From Nitrospiria bacterium (lineage in GTDB: Bacteria; Nitrospirota; Nitrospiria; SBBL01; JAADHI01), in NCBI GenBank assembly GCA_945787655.1, contig CALZIJ010000002.1, positions 44,576-108,575 of the forward strand: a DNA stretch of 64,000 bases. The letters run 5' to 3'. Under the pieces are notes generated by a model, which searched no databases, had not been told where the DNA came from, and saw only the letters and a list, made by a program, of their open reading frames with translations. Below are positions 58,651 through 64,000 of the stretch, in pieces; positions within the stretch are counted from its first letter, which is position 1; the number at the start of each line of letters is the position of its first letter. The position numbers and the translations under genes are program-made.

Positions 58651-59181
58651 ATGGAAAAAATCGGTTCAGGCATCAAGGGGATTTACCGCGATATTTTGCA
58701 CGACGCCCACGGCCGCGTGCTGGAAGACCGCGGCTGGCGGCATAACACCATTTTAGACGGCTGCCGGTCTTTGCTGGCGGGATTTATGATGAATGAAACC
58801 GCGGGCGGTATCGTCGCTCTGGCGGTGGGACAGGGCAATCCCGACTGGGACGGTGACGGCGCGCCGACGCCGGACCCCGTGACCACCACCGGGCTTGTGA
58901 ATCGCTACAATCCGGCGATTCCCTTTTCCGAGCTGGATGTGGTGTATCTGGATCAAAACGATCACGTCATTACCGGGCCGAGCACGCGCCTGCAAATTAC
59001 CGCCACGATGGACCCCGGATATCCGGCGCCCATTGGACCATCCACCACATTTCCCTTAAGGGAGTTTGGGCTTTTTGGACTTTTAAACAGCACGGAAATC
59101 ATGATTAACACCATTCGGCATCCCGTGCTCCACAAGGATGTCACATCGACACTGATTCGAGTGATCCGGCTCTATTTTTAG
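58651..59181 (+). CDS. Tail fibre collar/adaptor-like protein
   Basis: N.I...CR.LLA, AVGQG, LREFGLFG, HP.LHK. Confidence 0.6.
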   Translation: MEKIGSGIKGIYRDILHDAHGRVLEDRGWRHNTILDGCRSLLAGFMMNETAGGIVALAVGQGNPDWDGDGAPTPDPVTTTGLVNRYNPAIPFSELDVVYLDQNDHVITGPSTRLQITATMDPGYPAPIGPSTTFPLREFGLFGLLNSTEIMINTIRHPVLHKDVTSTLIRVIRLYF

Positions 59182-59211
59182 CGCGATACAGGAGAGAAAA
59201 GAGGAGGCAAT

Positions 59212-60420
59212 ATGGGTAATTTTTCCAGAGACACATTTGACCGGCTAAAACACTATGTCGGCGTCCGTCTCCAGCAGGGCGTGCCCATCGTGGACGCAGA
59301 CTGGAACGAACTTGAAGACATTCGCAGATACGAACTCCAGGCTTTTTTACGATGGTTTATCGGCAACGGCGTGCCGAACGGCAACAACGGTTTTCTCATC
59401 GAAGCCGTGGCCGACCCGAATGACTTGACCATCCGGGGCGGGGACGGCACGCCGGAGGGAACGGGGCGCGTCATCGTGGAGGGCATGGATGTCCTTAATG
59501 AAAGCGATCTACGCTATACGGCCCAGCCCTTGTACAACAACGCCGCGCTGGGCGCGGAATGGGGTGTCGATCCCATCCCCCCGCTGACCACTCCCGCAGG
59601 CAACCGGACGGACACGATGTATATCGACGTATGGGAACGGGAAGTCGATTCCACCGAAGACGCCGACTTGGTCAATCCCGCCATCGGCGTGGAGACCTGC
59701 GTCCGCACTAAAAGGGAATGGGCCGTGCGCGTGGTCGAAGGCTCCGCGGCGGTTCCGGCACCGACGGCGGGGCATACCTTTTACGGCCTCGCACGCCTGG
59801 AACGGGTCGGCGGCGCGGCGGTTATCGCGGCCGGAGACATCACCGACCTGCGTGAGACCATTCTCTCTCTAAACGACGCGTTGGCGCATCTTTCCCGGAC
59901 GGACAACCCTCACAACGTCACCCGGGCCCAATTGGGGGCCTTTGCGGCGGCCGATTACGAATTCAACAACCGTTCCGTCATCCTCGTGTCCTTCACGCAA
60001 TCGGACGCCCACAATGCGCTTCGCACCACCGACCTGGGCTTTACACCCAAATTCGTGTGGGCGGTCGCCACTTTAACCGGACGACTGGGGGGACAGGATT
60101 ACGGCATCAATGCCTCCGGTCTTGCGGACCTTCGCGGGTCAACCATTCAACGCGGCCATTACGGGCAAGTGTACCGCACAGGCACTGCACCATTTTACCG
60201 GCAAGACACGTCCATTACTTCACGGCTTTGCCTCGGGCACTTTTCCGACGCGACCGTGACGCCAAACCGTACCATCACCATCGGCGCATCCGTCAGCGCG
60301 GTGAGCGGGACGAATTTGTCGGTTCAGTTTTACCGGGTCGGCCCGACGGGCACGGGCACGGGCGGCGCCCTGTCTCTGGTGGTGTTTAATGTCAGCCTGT
60401 ATTTGTACTGTCTGGGATAA
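59212..60420 (+). CDS. DUF6519-like tail fibre protein
   Basis: MGNFSR.TF...KHY.GVRLQQG.P..DADWNE, YIDVWEREV, D.R; fibre motif HLSRTDNPHNVTRAQLG. Confidence 0.75.
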   Translation: MGNFSRDTFDRLKHYVGVRLQQGVPIVDADWNELEDIRRYELQAFLRWFIGNGVPNGNNGFLIEAVADPNDLTIRGGDGTPEGTGRVIVEGMDVLNESDLRYTAQPLYNNAALGAEWGVDPIPPLTTPAGNRTDTMYIDVWEREVDSTEDADLVNPAIGVETCVRTKREWAVRVVEGSAAVPAPTAGHTFYGLARLERVGGAAVIAAGDITDLRETILSLNDALAHLSRTDNPHNVTRAQLGAFAAADYEFNNRSVILVSFTQSDAHNALRTTDLGFTPKFVWAVATLTGRLGGQDYGINASGLADLRGSTIQRGHYGQVYRTGTAPFYRQDTSITSRLCLGHFSDATVTPNRTITIGASVSAVSGTNLSVQFYRVGPTGTGTGGALSLVVFNVSLYLYCLG

Positions 60421-60465
60421 CCGACGGCTTTTATTATTTTTTAGATTGCGTTTGGAGGAATCAAT

Positions 60466-61065
60466 ATGTGGGTCATTTATAAAAAATCAGATCGCACGAT
60501 TATCGGTGTGACGGCACTCGGCGCAAAGGATCCTGAAAAGGATGCGGCCTTAAAAGAAGTGGTGGCGGGTTCGATCAAACCCGGCAAACGCTCGGAATAC
60601 GACGCCCTTCAGGTGAGCGACCGGATTTTGGCGCAACAATACATGGACGCGTTTCCCCAGCGTCTGGTGGTGACCGGACCGGCAAGCAAGCCCAAGCTGG
60701 TGATTCGCGACCCGGAATCTTTTTCCCTGTTTATCGAATGCGACGCGGAAGACAAGCATCCCGTGGACGGTATTCCTGAAATCCCGGCGGACGGATCCTC
60801 ATCCGCTCTGATCACCATCACGAAGATCGACGAACGCTTCAAACCCCAAAAGGGCGCCACCGATAATGAAACGCTTTATCTTCGCACCGATCACGGCATT
60901 ATCCGGGACGAAAAGGGAAAAGAGGATCTCAACAAGATCCAACTCAAAAAAGGTCAGGCCAAAATCCGGCTATTTTCCGAAAAGTTGAAGCGGGTCGCGA
61001 CGCTTCAACTCATCAGTACTGAACAATATTTAGAGGACACCGTCTTCCGCGTGGAGTTTATTTGA
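60466..61065 (+). CDS. Hypothetical protein, Ig-like C-terminus (IPADG.S)
   Basis: GGAGG RBS, co-directional after fibre. Confidence 0.65.
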   Translation: MWVIYKKSDRTIIGVTALGAKDPEKDAALKEVVAGSIKPGKRSEYDALQVSDRILAQQYMDAFPQRLVVTGPASKPKLVIRDPESFSLFIECDAEDKHPVDGIPEIPADGSSSALITITKIDERFKPQKGATDNETLYLRTDHGIIRDEKGKEDLNKIQLKKGQAKIRLFSEKLKRVATLQLISTEQYLEDTVFRVEFI

Positions 61066-61826
61066 GCCAGGTCACCAAAAACTCACCGCTGGAGCAAGCG
61101 GATTTTAAAGAGAAAAGCGTGGCCATGTTGCGGGAAGTCGCGGAAGCCATGGGACCTGCCCGTGAATCCGTCGTTTTTCTGGGCGGCGGGGTCCTTCCGT
61201 TTTTATTGACGGACACGCTTTCTCATTACGTGCGCTACGCCAAGGACATCGATTTTATTATCGATTTTGACGAGAAGGAAGACCTCTTTCTTTTTGAAGA
61301 CGCACTTTGGGAAGGCGGCTTCAAAAAAGTCAGTAACGGCGCGGTCACCCAATGGCTTTTGGGGCGCATTAAGGTAGACGCCCTGCCGGCCGACCCGGAG
61401 GTCCTGACCTTCAATAACCAGTGGTGCGCCGAGGCCATGCGGTACGCGCAACGGATCGACATCGGCGGCGGTCTGCGCGTCAATACGATTTCCGCCCCGT
61501 ATTATCTGGGCACAAAGCTCAACGCCTTTGACCGGCGCGGCTACGGGCGCTTTGCCACCAGCAAGGACATTTATGACCTCTTGTTGATTTTCGCCGGGCA
61601 TGAGGCTGTCGAAGGCGAGATCGAAAAACAAACCAGTACGGTTTTTAAGGCCTTTTTGTGGGAGAAACTCCGGAAACTGGAAGACGAAAGCGCGCATTTT
61701 TCAAACATCGCCGCGCGCGGCTTTTTACATGACACCGTGCTGAAACGGCATTTGCCTGAGGCCGTTTCCCGCATCAAAAATGTCATCAGCCTGTGCGCAC
61801 CCAAACAAACATCGGATAAAATATGA
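61062..61826 (+). CDS. Nucleotidyltransferase-fold protein (AbiEii/COG4849-like)
   Basis: FLGG, R..KDID, VD.LP, KL.AF..RG, S.D..D. Confidence 0.75.
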   Translation: MSQVTKNSPLEQADFKEKSVAMLREVAEAMGPARESVVFLGGGVLPFLLTDTLSHYVRYAKDIDFIIDFDEKEDLFLFEDALWEGGFKKVSNGAVTQWLLGRIKVDALPADPEVLTFNNQWCAEAMRYAQRIDIGGGLRVNTISAPYYLGTKLNAFDRRGYGRFATSKDIYDLLLIFAGHEAVEGEIEKQTSTVFKAFLWEKLRKLEDESAHFSNIAARGFLHDTVLKRHLPEAVSRIKNVISLCAPKQTSDKI

Positions 61827-62827
61827 CACGTAAACACCCAAAATCCAGTCCAATCATTTCACCATCGAAAACCACGCATCGGCCATTTTTAAGGGGCATT
61901 TACAAGGACTGCCTGACGGACCCGCAGGGAAAACACATCTGGGAAAGCGGGTGGCGGAACAACCGCGTGGTTCAACGGTGTCACCTGCTGTTGGCCGCGC
62001 TGATGAAACGCGAGCCGGGATTTTCCGGCATCCTGTATTGGGCCGTGGGGGAAGGGGCGGCATCCTGGGACCGCCTGATTCCCAGCCCGAATGGCGATGA
62101 GCAACAACTGGCCAACGAGGTTTCCCGCAAGACCCTGGCCGCCGGAGACATCCGCTATCTCGATGAACGCCATAATGTCGTCGAGACGCCGACGGCGCGC
62201 CTTCAAATCAGCGCGACCTTTGCACGGGAAGAACTCGGCGGGGAAGGCGTCCAAGTGCTCCGGGAATTCGGGCTTTTTGGGGGTGACGCGACGGGAACCC
62301 TCGACAGCGGGTGGATGATCGACTACATTATCCATCCCGGTATTCCCCTCTCGGCAGGCATGACCTTGACTCGTAATCTTCACCTGAGTTTTGGCTCCGG
62401 CACAGATTTGGGAGAAAGCATGGGCGGGTTCGGGGGCGCTTTGCCCGTCATCTCCATCGATGGCATCGGTGAAGAATTTTCAGGACTTCTTAACCGCACC
62501 GGGATTAATACGCTGAGCAATTTGGTCGCCATCGATCCACTTCAATCCATTGAAAACATTCCCGGTGTCAAACTCCGGGAGTTTCGCGCGAAGGCCCGCA
62601 TGGTGTTGAACCTGAACGCGGATCTCCTGGCCTTCGTCCCCCTTTCAGAACGCAACATCAGTGACTTGTTAAAAGCTGACCCCCAGACTCTAGCAGGGGA
62701 AGTCGGGTCACCTTTGGTGACAGACAGCCACATTATCCAAATGCAAGAGCAATTGGCCATTTTACAGGTTGCCCTAGACGATACCACCTTACGGGAGATT
62801 TCCTTGGGTGATTTACTCAACACATGA
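61823..62827 (+). CDS. Paralog of 58651 gene fused to helix-hairpin-helix-like C-terminal domain
   Basis: GIYKD.L.D..G, GWRNN, AVGEG, LREFGLFG; IDGIG..F...L...GI.T...L. Confidence 0.65.
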   Translation: MTRKHPKSSPIISPSKTTHRPFLRGIYKDCLTDPQGKHIWESGWRNNRVVQRCHLLLAALMKREPGFSGILYWAVGEGAASWDRLIPSPNGDEQQLANEVSRKTLAAGDIRYLDERHNVVETPTARLQISATFAREELGGEGVQVLREFGLFGGDATGTLDSGWMIDYIIHPGIPLSAGMTLTRNLHLSFGSGTDLGESMGGFGGALPVISIDGIGEEFSGLLNRTGINTLSNLVAIDPLQSIENIPGVKLREFRAKARMVLNLNADLLAFVPLSERNISDLLKADPQTLAGEVGSPLVTDSHIIQMQEQLAILQVALDDTTLREISLGDLLNT

Positions 62828-63812
62828 CCTTACCGCCCCTTACGCCAGAAAAAACCACAACCGTCCCGGCATATCCAATGGGGGAAATTTTTTAAAACTT
62901 AAAACACCTCAACACCCTGATCCACCCGCAAACACCCTACAACGGGCCTTGGGAAATGCGGCCATTCAGCCGTTGCTTCAAACCGTCTCCGTAAGAACAA
63001 AATGGAAACAACAACGCGATGTTGATCAACACGAGCGAGATGCGGAATACACCGCCAATCATGTCATGCGCATAATCAACGATTCTCTGTCAGCCATTTC
63101 AAAAAATACATCAGAAATCCCCCAAGAAGATGTCCTTAATGAGGGAAACGGCCGTTTACAACACACTCAGCGGCCAGGCGCTTGCTCCTCATCTGCGCAC
63201 TTTTTTCGAGCCGCGCTTCGGGCGGGATTTCAGTGGCGTCCGGATTCACAATGATAACCCGGCCGTGGAAGCAGCGCGGGGGGTAAACGCCAAGGCATTC
63301 ACATTGGGTAATCATGTGGCCTTCGGTGAATGGGAGTATGCACCGGAGACGCACACCGGCCGCCTATTATTCCTGAAAATTATCTGGACCCAGACCATGA
63401 TGAGACTGAGGATGAAGACCCCTGCGATGATCCCAACATTAATTTCCATAAATGTGAGGAATTAGAAAATCGTGGATATGAAAACAGGGGTGTGGAAGAC
63501 TTGCTTGAAGAAGAAGTCCAGACCAAACCGGTGCACGCCCCGTATCAAGATAAAACAATTTGGAGCTGGACCAGCTCAGGCCGACAACAAATCCGGCAGG
63601 ATATTTTATGCAGCCGAACCGGCTTTTTGACAGAGATCGAACGGTGCCGCACCGTTCACACCACCTATAACCCAAAACGAAAGAACAGCAAAGACCCGGT
63701 GAAAAACACTCAAATTACAATTGTCTGCTGTCCATGCTGTGTGCCAAATCCAGTGACCGACACTTGGTCATTGCCTAATCTCGATCCGGTGTATTGTAAG
63801 GTTAATAATTAA
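62808..63812 (+). pseudogene. Decayed DUF4157 cargo gene (two frame changes, HELTH lost) with Cys-rich C-terminal domain
   Basis: LQRALGN..D.HERDA..AN.VMR in one frame; FFEPRFGRDFSGVRIH..AFTLGNH..TGRLL in a second; acidic/Cys-rich domain (CCPCC) in a third. Confidence 0.7.
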
Positions 63813-64000
63813 AAAGCGGATTCTTGATATTATAGGGCCCTCAACCGTAAAGGATATCCTGGCTGCTCTTCTCAAACTCGAGTCCCATGCCCAATGCCTG
63901 ATGTATTTTACTGAACCCGACCCACCGGACTCTTGTGGAAAAAACATAGTCTTTTTCGTTCACGCTTAAAACAATGGTGACGGAATCATCGTACAGAATC

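Larger units (their letters stand above)
36999..63812 (+). other. Extracellular contractile injection system (eCIS, Afp/PVC-like) gene cluster
   Basis: Co-directional sheath, tube, DUF4255, AAA+ ATPase, DUF4157 proteins, LysM, gpD/gpV, gp25, baseplate J, tail genes; no capsid/terminase, no T6SS membrane complex or ClpV. Confidence 0.93.

Noticed and set aside
37271-60420. Prophage or T6SS
   Set aside because: No capsid, portal, terminase, integrase, TssJLM or ClpV; DUF4255 + Afp15-type ATPase + DUF4157 indicate eCIS
63769-64000. Open minus-strand frame entering from the window end
   Set aside because: Too short and without motifs to call

Overview
The window has two parts. (1) About 1-36.7 kb is bacterial chromosomal backbone of moderate GC. 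It holds a PpiD/SurA-N gene, a nitrobindin-like gene, a folate-centred run (ygfA-folD-metV-like-metF-panB-trmFO-xerC), an exosortase-EpsI fusion with prsK, a nuclease, a small gene with a clear sigma54/IHF/UAS promoter, a peptide ABC transporter, gap-pgk-tpiA-secG, PBP1A, comEC, DUF192, YceI, a porin/PBP/GGDEF-EAL module, SpmAB, lgt and an RNase H-like gene. Gene content is compatible with a Gram-negative Nitrospirota/Desulfobacterota-like host (not provable here). (2) About 37-63.8 kb is a visibly more GC-rich, co-directional extracellular contractile injection system (eCIS; Afp/PVC-like) locus: sheath, tube, DUF4255 cap, AAA+ ATPase, tube initiator/LysM, gpD/gpV spike, gp25, an interrupted baseplate J, tail and fibre genes. 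The most notable part is a tandem cassette of five putative cargo genes behind the ATPase. They share a modular leader: (L)xRxxGN, QRxCACGGxCxxC, DxYEQEADRVAD, DUF4157, RIQR. Four end in a paralogous Cys-clamped HExxH metalloprotease domain and one in an L,D-transpeptidase-fold domain. Two have lost DUF4157 but keep RxLGNQ and RIQR, which suggests a minimal loading/processing signal. A sixth, decayed copy ends the locus. All family assignments come from motif recognition, not database searches.
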